Assembly: GCA_964591195.1 (NCBI GenBank) | Contig: CAZPZY010000001.1 | Location: 7,111 to 71,110 of the forward strand | DNA: 64,000 nt | Origin: an uncultured Candidatus Saccharibacteria bacterium | GTDB taxonomy: Bacteria > Patescibacteriota > Minisyncoccia > Minisyncoccales > JAGGSE01 | Direction: 5' to 3' | Shown here: piece after piece, positions 1-10,048 of the stretch | Numbering within the stretch: position 1 is the stretch's first letter | How the letters are laid out: each line of letters opens with the position of its first letter | The notes under the pieces: model-generated | What the model was told of the DNA's origin: nothing | Databases searched by the model: none | What the model saw: the letters and a program-made list of their open reading frames with translations, nothing else | Translations under genes and position numbers: made by a program

Positions 1-1
1 G

Positions 2-1075
2 GGAATAGAGGTTTATCTTAGTGATGCCAAAGAAGCAAGTCAGGACTATGTCTATAAAATTGTAGGAAGATATTGCCTAGAAGAGATAAAACATCCAAAA
101 ACAAAAAAGATAATTGTAAAAGCCGGAGAAATAATTGATTGGAAGAAAGCCAAAAAGATAAAGGAAGCAGGTATTGAAAAGGTAAGGGTACGTTCTCCTT
201 TGTCCTGCAAGGGAAAAGAAGGAATCTGTCAAAAATGCTACGGATGGGATATGGCTAAAAACGAATTAATTCAGGAAGGTCAAGCGATAGGAATTGTTGC
301 CGCCCAAGCCATTGGGGAACCCGGAACCCAATTGACGCTAAGGACCTTCCATACAGGAGGAGTTGCCGGAAGCGGAGACATCACATCCGGACTACCGCGG
401 GTTCAAGAACTCTTTGAAGCCCGCGTCCCCGGAGGAAAGGCAGAAATCTCTCCTGTTGATGGTAAGATTTTAGAAATCACAAAGAATAGAATTGTCAAGA
501 TTAAAACCAATACGGGCCAGAAGGAAAGGATTGTTGAATACAAAATTCCTCCCAATTTAGCCATTTCAGTAAAACCAGGAGAAAAGATTAAAAAGGGTCA
601 GCCCCTTTGCGAAGGAAATTTAGACCTTAGAGAATTATTTAGGACCTCTGGAAAGGAGGCAGTCCAGAGATATATCATCAAAGAAATTCAAAAGGTTTAT
701 GCTAGTCAGGGAGCGGTCATCCATGATAAGCATATTGAGGTAATTGTTTCTCAGATGTTTTCCCGATTAAAAATTACTGACCCGGGTGATTCGGAATTTC
801 TGCCGGGCGAAATTGTCTCAAAGATAAGGTTTTCTGAAGTCAATAAAGAACTAAGAAAGGAAAAGAAAAAACCAGCGAAGGGCAAACAGATACTGCTGGG
901 CATCACGCCCGTAGCACTGACCACTGATTCCTTTCTTTCGGCTGCCTCCTTCCAGCAAACGCACCGGGTTCTTATCAAGGCCTGTCTTAAAGGCCAAGAG
1001 GATAAACTCCGAGGTCTAAAGGAAAATGTAATTATCGGAAAACTAATACCAGTGGGCACGGGCTTCAAAAAATAA
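2..1075 (+). CDS. rpoC: RNA polymerase beta' subunit, C-terminal part (gene starts upstream of the window)
   Basis: The frame is open from position 2. Motifs AIGEPGTQLTLRTFHTGG, DITSGLPRVQELFEAR and GLKENVIIGKLIPVGTG. Confidence 0.98.
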   Translation, partial: GIEVYLSDAKEASQDYVYKIVGRYCLEEIKHPKTKKIIVKAGEIIDWKKAKKIKEAGIEKVRVRSPLSCKGKEGICQKCYGWDMAKNELIQEGQAIGIVAAQAIGEPGTQLTLRTFHTGGVAGSGDITSGLPRVQELFEARVPGGKAEISPVDGKILEITKNRIVKIKTNTGQKERIVEYKIPPNLAISVKPGEKIKKGQPLCEGNLDLRELFRTSGKEAVQRYIIKEIQKVYASQGAVIHDKHIEVIVSQMFSRLKITDPGDSEFLPGEIVSKIRFSEVNKELRKEKKKPAKGKQILLGITPVALTTDSFLSAASFQQTHRVLIKACLKGQEDKLRGLKENVIIGKLIPVGTGFKK

Positions 1076-1110
1076 TATTTGTCAAAATTAATTCCCAAAT
1101 AATCCAAACA

Positions 1111-3282
1111 GTGACTAAGAAAAAAAACAAATCCCGGAGAAAAAGAGCCAAGGGAATCAATAAAAGCAGAGGCAACAGTCATTTCTTCTCTCTGCCGGAA
1201 GAGATAAAGAAACTGCTCTTGGCGGTTTTGATGTTTCTCTTCTCCATTGTCTTCGGACTTAGTTTTTTTAACCTAGCCGGAATAAGCGGGAAGTTTCTAA
1301 AAAATATATTTGCCCTCCTTGTTGGGAAAACAGTATTCTTGTTCCCCCTAATTTTTTTGCTGGCTGGTCTATCTTTTCTTCACAGCAAGAAAAAACACAT
1401 CTTGCCTTCTCTTCTCCTGGGCTCCTCTCTCATTGCCATCGGGCTTTCGTCTATATTAGAACTCTTAACCCCTGGGACTGGCCAAGGAGGATATTTGGGA
1501 TACCTTGGAACCATATCTGCTAGATTGTTCGGGCCCTGGGTAAGCCAAATTATCTTCGGAACCCTTTTTCTCGCAGGAGGAATAGTGTTTTGGCAGATTC
1601 TCTCACCTGCAATTACGAGAAGAGAAAAAAAACCTCAGCCCGAGAAAAAAGAAACAGAAGAAAAGAAACCGATTATTAAACGGATATTCACCTCCAGCCC
1701 CCCAAAATTAGAACTAAAAGAGATTGAGGCACCACCCCCTCTCCCGGCCATAGAAGCCAAGAAGCCTCCAGAAGAACTAAAGGTAAAGCCACTTATCGAA
1801 TCCAAAGACCTGCTTTATCATCCTCCTCCGCTCAACCTGCTTGAAAAAGAAAGGGAAATTCCCCAAAGCGGCGACATTAAAGCCAATTCCCTGATTATCA
1901 AAAAAACCCTTCAGGACTTTGGCGTCCCAGTAGAGATGGGAGAGGCAAATATTGGACCAACAGTAACCCAATATACCCTAAAACCAGCAGATGGAGTAAA
2001 GTTATCTAAAATTACCGGGCTTGCCAACAACCTCTCTCTTTCTCTGGCCAGTCATCCGATTAGAATTGAAGCCCCTATCCCAGGGAGGTCATTGGTTGGG
2101 ATTGAAGTCCCGAATAAATACAGAGCAAGAATCCGGCTCCGGGATCTTATTTCCTCCCAGGAGTTCCAAAGATCGTCTCCCTTAACCATTGCCCTCGGAC
2201 GAGATGTTGCCGGGACTCCTCTCTATGCCGACCTATCCAGAATGCCCCACCTCTTGATAGCCGGCTCCACTGGTTCAGGCAAGACCCTTTTCTTAAACTC
2301 TCTGATTTTAAGTCTAATTTATCACCCAGCCACAAATCTCAACCCCTTCGGAGGCGGCCCTGAGATACTGCGGTTTATCCTTGTTGACCCAAAAAGGGTA
2401 GAATTCCCGGTTTATAACGACCTACCCCATCTTTTATTCCCAGTTATCTGCAAGCCAGACCTGACTGTTAACGCCCTAAGGTGGACAATATCGGAAATGG
2501 AAAGAAGGTTTGATATTCTTTCAGAAGCAAGGGCAAGGGATATCATAGGTTATAATAAATTAATAGCGAGAAAAAAGACATTAGAGCCGCTGCCCTACAT
2601 CGTTTTAATCATTGACGAACTGGCTGACCTAATGGCAGCAAAGGGAAAGGAAATGGAAGCAGGAATTGTCAGAATAGCCCAGATGGCAAGGGCAGTGGGA
2701 ATTCATTTGGTCTTGGCAACCCAAAGACCCTCAGTGGAGGTGATCACCGGACTAATCAAAACAAACATTACCAGCCGAATTGCCCTCCAGGTCGCCTCCC
2801 AGGTTGACTCACGGACCATCTTAGATATGGCAGGAGCAGAAAAACTCCTGGGCCGAGGGGATATGCTTTTTATCTCGGCTGAAACATCAAAGCCAAAAAG
2901 GATTCAGGCCCCCTATATTTCAGAAAAAGAGGTAAAAAAAATAGCAGAATATATAAAACTGAATGTGAAAAGTCCAAAATGGCAGGTGCCGGAAGAGGAA
3001 TTAACCGAGGATTCTTCTCTCCCAGAATTAGCCAAGACTTCTTCTCCCGCAGATTCATCAGCAGAAGATCCTCTTTATGAGGAGGCGAAAAAGACAGTTC
3101 TTGAATCAAAAAGGGCATCAGCGTCTCTTTTGCAACGCCGTTTAAGAATCGGCTATGCCAGAGCGGCCCGGCTTCTTGATATGCTTGAGGAAGAAGGAAT
3201 AGTCGGACCAGCCCGGGGAGCAAAGCCAAGAGAGATCTTCTCTCCTCCAGAAGAAGAAAACGAAGAATGGAAAAAGGTATAA
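1111..3282 (+). CDS. ftsK: DNA translocase FtsK/SpoIIIE
   Basis: N-terminal TM helices, PHLLIAGSTGSGKT, IIDELADLM, HLVLATQRPSV and a C-terminal gamma domain (SASLLQRRLRIGYARAARL). Confidence 0.97.
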   Translation: MTKKKNKSRRKRAKGINKSRGNSHFFSLPEEIKKLLLAVLMFLFSIVFGLSFFNLAGISGKFLKNIFALLVGKTVFLFPLIFLLAGLSFLHSKKKHILPSLLLGSSLIAIGLSSILELLTPGTGQGGYLGYLGTISARLFGPWVSQIIFGTLFLAGGIVFWQILSPAITRREKKPQPEKKETEEKKPIIKRIFTSSPPKLELKEIEAPPPLPAIEAKKPPEELKVKPLIESKDLLYHPPPLNLLEKEREIPQSGDIKANSLIIKKTLQDFGVPVEMGEANIGPTVTQYTLKPADGVKLSKITGLANNLSLSLASHPIRIEAPIPGRSLVGIEVPNKYRARIRLRDLISSQEFQRSSPLTIALGRDVAGTPLYADLSRMPHLLIAGSTGSGKTLFLNSLILSLIYHPATNLNPFGGGPEILRFILVDPKRVEFPVYNDLPHLLFPVICKPDLTVNALRWTISEMERRFDILSEARARDIIGYNKLIARKKTLEPLPYIVLIIDELADLMAAKGKEMEAGIVRIAQMARAVGIHLVLATQRPSVEVITGLIKTNITSRIALQVASQVDSRTILDMAGAEKLLGRGDMLFISAETSKPKRIQAPYISEKEVKKIAEYIKLNVKSPKWQVPEEELTEDSSLPELAKTSSPADSSAEDPLYEEAKKTVLESKRASASLLQRRLRIGYARAARLLDMLEEEGIVGPARGAKPREIFSPPEEENEEWKKV

Positions 3283-4871
3283 ATCCTCCTTCAGAAGAGA
3301 TAATCAAAAATCTGCTAAAAAGGGGGACTAAGGTAAACCTGTCTCTACTTAAAAGAAAGATAGCCCAAAAATATGGAGTTTCCTGTCCAAGCAATATTGA
3401 ACTGCTGAAATCCTACCATAGATTGGTCAAAAGGAAAAAGATAAAAGAATCTCCAGAAGTTGAAAGGTTGCTACGCACCCGACCCATCCGCTCCCAATCC
3501 GGCATTGTTAATGTTTCAGTACTCACCAAGCCCTATCCCTGTCCAGGGCATTGCCTCTACTGCCCCTTCCAAGAAGGTATGCCCAAAAGTTATCTAAGGG
3601 GAGAGCCAGCGGCTGAAAGAGCAAAACGTCTAAATTTCAATCCCTATTATCAAACCAAAAAGCGGCTGGACTCTCTCCAAGCCCAAGGCCATCCCACTGA
3701 CAAGGTTGAGTTAAGAATAGTCGGAGGAACCTGGTCCTATTATCCAAAACAATACCAATCCTGGTTTGTCAAAGAATGCTTCCGGGCAGCAAACAATTCA
3801 AGAAAAACTAGGCAGGACCTAAAAACAGTCCAGAAAAGAAACGAAGTAGCAAAACAGAGAATTGTGGGCTTGTCCATTGAGACCCGTCCTGATTTTATCA
3901 ACAGCAAAGAAATTAAATGGTTAAGAAAGCTGGGGGTAACCCTGGTGGAACTGGGAGTGCAATCAATCTATGATGATGTCTTGAAATTGGTCAAAAGAGG
4001 TCATGGAAGAAGGGAGATAATTTTAGCCACAAAACTGCTTAAAGACGCCGGCTTTAAGGTGCTCTATCAAATGATGCCAAACCTGCCCGGCTCCAATCTC
4101 AAGAAAGATGAAAAAATGTTTGAAGAACTCTTTCAGGGTCCAGACTTCCAGCCAGACTACCTAAAGATATATCCCTGCGCCCTATTGAAGGAAGCGCCCC
4201 TTTACAGATATTATTTAGAAAAAAAATACAAGCCCTATTCAAAAGAGGAATTAATCCTTCTTCTTCAAAAAATCAAGCAAAAAATTCCTCCCTATGTCAG
4301 AATCCAAAGAATTGGCAGGGATATTCCCTCCTCGTACATTGTTGAGGGCGGAGCAAGGGCCTCAAATCTAAGACAATTGGTTCAGGAAAAGATGAAAAAA
4401 GAAGGAAATGCCTGTCTTTGTATCCGCTGTCGGGAGGTCAAAGAGAATTATAATCCTAAAGAAAAATTGTACCTATATCGCTGCGACTACCGATCATCAG
4501 AGGGGAAAGACATATTTCTGAGCATTGAAAACAAAAAGAGAACAAAACTCTTCAGTTTTTTAAGACTACGAATTCCTTCGTTTTACTTCAAAAGGGGAAA
4601 GGCGATATTCAGGGTTTTAGAAAACTCGGCAATTATCAGGGAGATTCAAACAATGGGGCAATCAACCCCTATTGGCAAAACCTGGGCCTCCCCCCAACAT
4701 AGAGGCCTGGGGAAAAAACTGATAAAGGAAGCAGAAAAGATTGCCCAAAAAGAGTTTGAGATAAAAAAAATTGCCGCTATCTCAGGAGTGGGAGCAAGAA
4801 ATTATTGGAGAAAACTGGGATTTAGACTAAAAGACACCTATATGGTCCGGTTTTTATCTCCGAGGACCTGA
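3267..4871 (+). CDS. elp3: Elp3-type radical SAM/GNAT tRNA U34 carboxymethylation enzyme
   Basis: CPGHCLYCP radical SAM motif, PKSY, IETRPD, LKIYP, CxCIRCRE and a C-terminal QHRGLGKKL acetyltransferase motif. Confidence 0.92.
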   Translation: MEKGINPPSEEIIKNLLKRGTKVNLSLLKRKIAQKYGVSCPSNIELLKSYHRLVKRKKIKESPEVERLLRTRPIRSQSGIVNVSVLTKPYPCPGHCLYCPFQEGMPKSYLRGEPAAERAKRLNFNPYYQTKKRLDSLQAQGHPTDKVELRIVGGTWSYYPKQYQSWFVKECFRAANNSRKTRQDLKTVQKRNEVAKQRIVGLSIETRPDFINSKEIKWLRKLGVTLVELGVQSIYDDVLKLVKRGHGRREIILATKLLKDAGFKVLYQMMPNLPGSNLKKDEKMFEELFQGPDFQPDYLKIYPCALLKEAPLYRYYLEKKYKPYSKEELILLLQKIKQKIPPYVRIQRIGRDIPSSYIVEGGARASNLRQLVQEKMKKEGNACLCIRCREVKENYNPKEKLYLYRCDYRSSEGKDIFLSIENKKRTKLFSFLRLRIPSFYFKRGKAIFRVLENSAIIREIQTMGQSTPIGKTWASPQHRGLGKKLIKEAEKIAQKEFEIKKIAAISGVGARNYWRKLGFRLKDTYMVRFLSPRT

Positions 4872-4887
4872 TTTTTTTCGCAGTTCT

Positions 4888-5784
4888 CTAATCTCTCTTG
4901 TTAAGTTTCCCGACTATATCTTCTCTCATATCTATAACTGCCTGCCTGGCTGCCAGATAAAACTCTTTTGGAGGAAATCTTTTTTTGTAGGGATTATTTC
5001 TGTAGGAAAAAATTATTCCTCGTGAACTATTTATAATTGCTCCTTTGCCTTCTTTGTCAAAGGCAAAAACAACATCTTTTGCCGAGCCCCCCTGGGCTCC
5101 ATAGCCGGGTAGCAAAAAGATGCTTCTTGGCATAATTTTTCTTAATTTCTTTATCTCCTGAGGATAGGTTGCTCCCACAACCGCCCCGACTATCCCGTAG
5201 CCCAATTCTCCCTCTGTTCCTTTGTTCCACTCGTTTATTTTTTCTCCCACTACCTCATACAACCTCTTGCCGTTTCTCATTTTCAGGTCCTGAAAATCAG
5301 CCGAGGAGGGATTTGATGTCTTTGTTAAAACAAAAAGTCCCTTGCCCTGGCTTTTTGCCACCTCAACAAACGGTTCTAAAGAGTCCCAACCAAGATAGGG
5401 ATTAACAGTTAGAGCGTCCACATCAAGCCCTTCTTTGGAAAGATATGCCTGACAATAGGCCTGAGCAGTTGAGCCAATATCATTTCTTTTGGCATCAACA
5501 ATTATTATCTTCTTTTTCTTTTTTAAATAAGAAATTGTTCTCTCCAGAGCCCTAAATCCCTTGCTGCCATAGACCTCATAAAAGGCAACCTGAACCTTAT
5601 AAACAGCAACCAGGTCAAATGTGGCGTCAATAATTTTTTTGTTGAAATTAAAAAGCGCCTGGGGTTTGTCCGAGCTCTTGAGAAAATCAGGAAGAAGTTC
5701 AAATCTCGGGTCCAGCCCTACACAACTGGGATTTTTCAACTTTCTTATTTGACCTAAAAGATGGTCGGCAAAATTTTTAGGCAT
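4888..5784 (-). CDS. pyrF: Orotidine 5'-phosphate decarboxylase (type 2)
   Basis: CVGLDP, DAKRNDIGST, TSNPSS, VVGATYP, PGYGAQGG, NSSRGI. Confidence 0.96.
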   Translation of the reverse strand: MPKNFADHLLGQIRKLKNPSCVGLDPRFELLPDFLKSSDKPQALFNFNKKIIDATFDLVAVYKVQVAFYEVYGSKGFRALERTISYLKKKKKIIIVDAKRNDIGSTAQAYCQAYLSKEGLDVDALTVNPYLGWDSLEPFVEVAKSQGKGLFVLTKTSNPSSADFQDLKMRNGKRLYEVVGEKINEWNKGTEGELGYGIVGAVVGATYPQEIKKLRKIMPRSIFLLPGYGAQGGSAKDVVFAFDKEGKGAIINSSRGIIFSYRNNPYKKRFPPKEFYLAARQAVIDMREDIVGKLNKRD

Positions 5785-5838
5785 AGGTTTAAACAGGTCT
5801 TGACCACCTTTGCAGAAAAAGCCCTAATAGATGCCTGC

Positions 5839-6969
5839 CTAATCGGTCCTCCTTAATATATGAACCGTGATGCTTCCACCTGTGCCGCCAATGTTGTGGC
5901 ACAAGCCGATTTTAGGAACAGGCCTTACCTGCCTACTTCCACACTTGCCCCTTAACTGGTTTACAATCTCATAAATCTGGGCAAGACCGGTAGGAGAAAT
6001 AGGATGGCCCTTTGCCTTCAGTCCTCCTGATGGATTTACCGGCAGACTACCCTCCAGATTTACTATCCCCTTTCTAATAAGTTCTGCTCCTTTCCCAGGT
6101 GGAGCAAAGCCCAGGTCTTCATAAGAGAACAACTCAACCGAGGTAAAGGCGTCATGGACCTCTGCTACCTGAACATCTCTTGCCTGGATATTTGCCTGAC
6201 GATAGGCAATTTCAGCCGCTATCTTGGTTGCCACAAAATGCCAGGGCTCTTCTCTATTAAATGTCATTATGTAGTCCGTGGCAAACCCAGAGCCAGCCAC
6301 CTCAATATCTGTCTTCTCTTGGCTCAGAACCACTGCTGCTCCACCATTGACTGAGAGGGAACAATCAAAAAGCCGAAAGGGCGAAGAAACCACTGGCGAG
6401 TTTTTTATTTTTTCTAAAGAAACCGGCCTTTTATAATAATATGCCTTGGGATTTTGAACAGCATTTTGATGATTTTTGAAGGCAATCAGGGCAAGGTCAT
6501 CCATTGTTGCCCCATATTTTTGGGCGTAAAGTTGCCAAACCAAGGCATTTCCCACCGGAAACAGAAGCCCCTCTTTTTGCTCAATCTCTCTTTCCTGGGC
6601 AGACAAAATCCGGTGAACAGTAACCTGGCTTTTATTATCAACCACCTTCTCTCCTGAACAAACAAGTATGTTCTTAAATCCCTTAAGATGAAGCGCTGTC
6701 CAGAAAGCCACCCCGCCACCACTACAGACAGAAGGTGTCTGAATAATCGGGCAGTGGGTCTTAAAAAGGTCGGACAAAAAAGAGGTCTTATGGGTCTGGT
6801 GTTCCTCTTGCCCGTCAGCGCTTTCCATCCCACTAAAAATAACAAGGTCAATATCGGAAATTTTCATCCCGGCATCTTCCAAGGCCTCCATTGCCGCCTC
6901 ATAACAAAACCCCCACCAGGGCTTTTGGGAATAATCAAATCTGGTCATCCCCACACCTTTAATATACAT
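5839..6969 (-). CDS. Thiolase (acetyl-CoA acetyltransferase), archaeal/SCP2-type
   Basis: Likely start MYIKGVGMTRF at 6969. Catalytic CSGG, EVHDAFT, GGLKAKGHPISPTG, HNIGG. Adjacent to HMG-CoA synthase. Confidence 0.9.
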   Translation of the reverse strand: MYIKGVGMTRFDYSQKPWWGFCYEAAMEALEDAGMKISDIDLVIFSGMESADGQEEHQTHKTSFLSDLFKTHCPIIQTPSVCSGGGVAFWTALHLKGFKNILVCSGEKVVDNKSQVTVHRILSAQEREIEQKEGLLFPVGNALVWQLYAQKYGATMDDLALIAFKNHQNAVQNPKAYYYKRPVSLEKIKNSPVVSSPFRLFDCSLSVNGGAAVVLSQEKTDIEVAGSGFATDYIMTFNREEPWHFVATKIAAEIAYRQANIQARDVQVAEVHDAFTSVELFSYEDLGFAPPGKGAELIRKGIVNLEGSLPVNPSGGLKAKGHPISPTGLAQIYEIVNQLRGKCGSRQVRPVPKIGLCHNIGGTGGSITVHILRRTD

Positions 6970-6970
6970 A

Positions 6971-8164
6971 CTAACTAATTGCGATTTGGGATTCCCTCCA
7001 TTTTTGGTACTCCTCAAAGGTTAATTTTTCTCCTTTCTCTAACTGCTCTTTTAGGTCGCTTTTAAATCCCTCTGACTGGGAGACCGCTCTTAGACAGATA
7101 GCCCCTGCCCCGCTTCCATAGCCCGACATTCCGAGTTGCTGCCCTTCTTTTATTTCTTCCAATATGGCAATTAAGGAGATGAAAATTGAACAGGTGTAGG
7201 AGTTTCCAATGTAGGGATTGTATTTCAGCCCGGGCCTGACCTTCTTTTCAAAAAAAGCCTGAAATTCCGGCAATGACCTTACCCGGTCAAGGTCCTTCTT
7301 GTATTCCTTGAACAATCCAGGATTCTCCAGGCACTGACTCAAGCGAAGATGGGGCTTCTCTTTCAAATTCTCGTGCCTCCAAAAAACAGCAGATGCCCAT
7401 TCGGTCATTTTTGGGAAGGGGGTATGCATAACAAAGAAATCAGCGGCTTGAACAAGGGTCTTCCCTCCCAGTGTTTTCAATAAATCTTGATTGTTCCTTT
7501 CCCAGTCCTCAAGGGCAAACTTCTGACAGCCAAGATAAGCCGACTTTGTTAGTTGGCCATTTACCTGGGGAAAGGGAAAAGAAGGGGCTGGTACCCTAAA
7601 GTCATCAACATCAGCGGCATACTGGCCTATATTTTCGTAATCAACCTCTAAAAGTTTCGGGTTAACCTCTACACGCATAGCCACAGCGGCACACCCTTGG
7701 GTCATTTCTGCTGCTGGGTTTGTTTCAGGGTAGATTGAACGGTCAAGAGCCAAGACAATGGCCGGCTTTCCCCTGTTGGCAACAGAGTATTCACAAGCAG
7801 AAATAAGAGCCTCTACCCCTCCCAGACAGGCAAACTTATATTGAAAAGGCAGTCTGGTTAGTCCAAGTTTCTTATTAATAAGCCGGACTCCAAATGGCTT
7901 AGAAAGGTCAGGGTCTGATTCGGTGGCAATAAAAAACCTTTCCACATCCTTATAGTCAATCTTCTTAAGAGCCTCAGCCGCTAGGTCCTCAACCCTCTCT
8001 TGATAGGGAATACGTGCCTGAAAAACGCCCAGCCCCTCGGTAGCGTAGGTTGAAGGAATGTTCCTAATCTTGGTCAGTTCTTCTAAAGACAAAAAATACC
8101 GGGGAATGGCCACGCTGATTTGAGATATTCCAACCGAAGGGATATCGGCTTTTTTTTCTGTCAT
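6971..8164 (-). CDS. mvaS: Hydroxymethylglutaryl-CoA synthase
   Basis: ATES, FACLGG (catalytic Cys), AEMTQGCAAVAM, DDFRVP, HTPFPKM, GNSYTCS, YGSG. Confidence 0.9.
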   Translation of the reverse strand: MTEKKADIPSVGISQISVAIPRYFLSLEELTKIRNIPSTYATEGLGVFQARIPYQERVEDLAAEALKKIDYKDVERFFIATESDPDLSKPFGVRLINKKLGLTRLPFQYKFACLGGVEALISACEYSVANRGKPAIVLALDRSIYPETNPAAEMTQGCAAVAMRVEVNPKLLEVDYENIGQYAADVDDFRVPAPSFPFPQVNGQLTKSAYLGCQKFALEDWERNNQDLLKTLGGKTLVQAADFFVMHTPFPKMTEWASAVFWRHENLKEKPHLRLSQCLENPGLFKEYKKDLDRVRSLPEFQAFFEKKVRPGLKYNPYIGNSYTCSIFISLIAILEEIKEGQQLGMSGYGSGAGAICLRAVSQSEGFKSDLKEQLEKGEKLTFEEYQKWRESQIAIS

Positions 8165-8184
8165 AATCTATATTTTAACACATA

Positions 8185-8213
8185 TTGCCAAAAAGACAAT
8201 TAAGAATTACAAT
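8185..8213 (+). promoter_or_regulatory. Sigma70-type promoter for mvaD (probably leaderless mRNA)
   Basis: TTGCCA-17 nt-TACAAT ending 8 nt before the ATG at 8222. A divergent TGTTAAAAT lies just upstream of mvaS. Confidence 0.6.
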
Positions 8214-8221
8214 AAGAAACA

Positions 8222-9223
8222 ATGAAGGCAACTGCCATAGCCAATGCCAATATCGCTCTAATAAAATACTGGGGGAAAAGAGATGAAAATCTATTTCTGC
8301 CCCAAAACAGCAACATCAGCTTAACAACCGACTGCCTCTCGGTCAAAACAACTGTTGAGTTTTCTTCAAGAAACAAAAAGGATATTTTAATCTTGAACAA
8401 CCGGAATTATCCCCCCAGTTCAAAGGAATATAAAAGGTATCTTAAACCATTTTTGGATAAAATAAGAAAGCTTGCTGGAACAAAGAGAAAAATTAAGATA
8501 GTCAGCCAAAGCAATTTTCCAAAGGGAGCCGGACTGGCTTCATCTGCCGCTGGCTTTGCTGCCCTGACTGCCGCAATAAATGAAGCCCTGGGTCTTGGGC
8601 TAAACGAAAGAGAAATGAGTATTTTGGCAAGACAGGGCTCTGGCTCTGCCTGCCGCTCAATCTATGGCGGTTTTGTAGAGTGGCGAAGAGGCAAAAAAGA
8701 TGATGGTTCTGACTCCTTTGCTCTTCAGATAGCCCCAGCAGATTATTGGCCAGATATTCGGATGGTCATTTGTCTTACCTCAAGAAAAGAAAAAAAGGTC
8801 AGTTCAAGAGAGGGAATGGCTCAAACAGTAAAAACCTGCCCCTTTTATCCCTGCTGGCTAAAGACAATTGACAAAGATATTAAAATCGCCAAAAGGGCAA
8901 TAAAAAATCGGGATATATCCCTGCTTGGCAAAATATCCGAGGAAAACTGCCTTAAGATGCATGCCTTGATGATAACTACAAAACCACCTATTATCTACTG
9001 GAATGAAAAAACAATTGCTTTTATCCATAAGATAAGAGAACTCCGTGAAAGGGGACTAAAATGCTATTTTACCATTGATGCTGGGCCCCAGGTAAAAATT
9101 TTATGTGAGAAAAAAGACCTGAAAGAATTGATTAAGGAGATTAAGAGGATGTCAGGAATTAAAAATGTAATAATAACAAGACCCGGCCCAGGTGTCGAAA
9201 TTAGTAAAAGCCACTTGTTTTAG
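8222..9223 (+). CDS. mvaD: Diphosphomevalonate decarboxylase
   Basis: NIALIKYWGK, GLASSAAG, ARQGSGSACRS, TIDAGPQV. Confidence 0.95.
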   Translation: MKATAIANANIALIKYWGKRDENLFLPQNSNISLTTDCLSVKTTVEFSSRNKKDILILNNRNYPPSSKEYKRYLKPFLDKIRKLAGTKRKIKIVSQSNFPKGAGLASSAAGFAALTAAINEALGLGLNEREMSILARQGSGSACRSIYGGFVEWRRGKKDDGSDSFALQIAPADYWPDIRMVICLTSRKEKKVSSREGMAQTVKTCPFYPCWLKTIDKDIKIAKRAIKNRDISLLGKISEENCLKMHALMITTKPPIIYWNEKTIAFIHKIRELRERGLKCYFTIDAGPQVKILCEKKDLKELIKEIKRMSGIKNVIITRPGPGVEISKSHLF

Positions 9224-9869
9224 ACCCTTCTTTTTCCGTATTATTTCTCTGGCTTTTCAACTCCTTTTCCCATTCCTTTATCTGCTTATTTAATTTCTGC
9301 GGGACCCTCTTTTTTTCCTCTTCACTCCCCGCCAGGGATTGTTCCCATGCTTTCAATCTTCCTTTTATCTTGTCTCGTGTATTCCTAATTTCTTGCTTTT
9401 CTATCTCTGAGGATGATCTATTTTCATAGCCCAGTATCTCTGCCTTAAGAACCAAATACAAAAACCTTCTCAGATACTCCCTTTGTTTTTCCCTTTGAAT
9501 TCTGACCTCTTCAGTAAATCCTCTTACTCTCCCGCCTGACCTGATGATTCTCTCACGTAGACTAAGTGCCCTGGTTAGAGTCATAATCCCTCTCCGGATT
9601 TCTTCCCCTCCCTGCTCGAGAATACCATCTCTTCTCATTTTTATCCCCTCATCAATTAGTTTCCCACCCGCTTTTTCAAGCCACTCAATTCTACATTCGG
9701 CTTCCTTCCAAAAAATATCTATTCTCGTCGGTGGTGTCTCTATATTTATCCTTTCTATATCACTCTCTACGGACTCCAGGCCTGAAAACCCCTTATCCAA
9801 TAATTCCTCAGGTGTTTCCTCTGGGCTTGTTTCCATCCTTGGGCTTCTTTCTCTTCTCGTTTCCCTCAT
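9201..9869 (-). CDS. Hypothetical charged, helical protein
   Basis: Long R/E/K-rich ORF. Start MRETRR at 9869 is preceded by AGGTGA. No recognisable motif. Confidence 0.65.
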   Translation of the reverse strand: MRETRRERSPRMETSPEETPEELLDKGFSGLESVESDIERINIETPPTRIDIFWKEAECRIEWLEKAGGKLIDEGIKMRRDGILEQGGEEIRRGIMTLTRALSLRERIIRSGGRVRGFTEEVRIQREKQREYLRRFLYLVLKAEILGYENRSSSEIEKQEIRNTRDKIKGRLKAWEQSLAGSEEEKKRVPQKLNKQIKEWEKELKSQRNNTEKEGSKTSGFY

Positions 9870-10048
9870 ATTATCACCTATTTTATCTTTATTAAGCCAG
9901 GAAGTCAAACTATACAGGTCAATCTTGGGAGTAAGCCCTAATAAAAGTTCAAACCCTAAAATGACAATCCAAAATTCAAAATCCTAAATCACATTCTTTC
10001 ATATTTTAGGATCTTCCTTAATCTTCAAGAATATGTTAAAAAAAGAGA

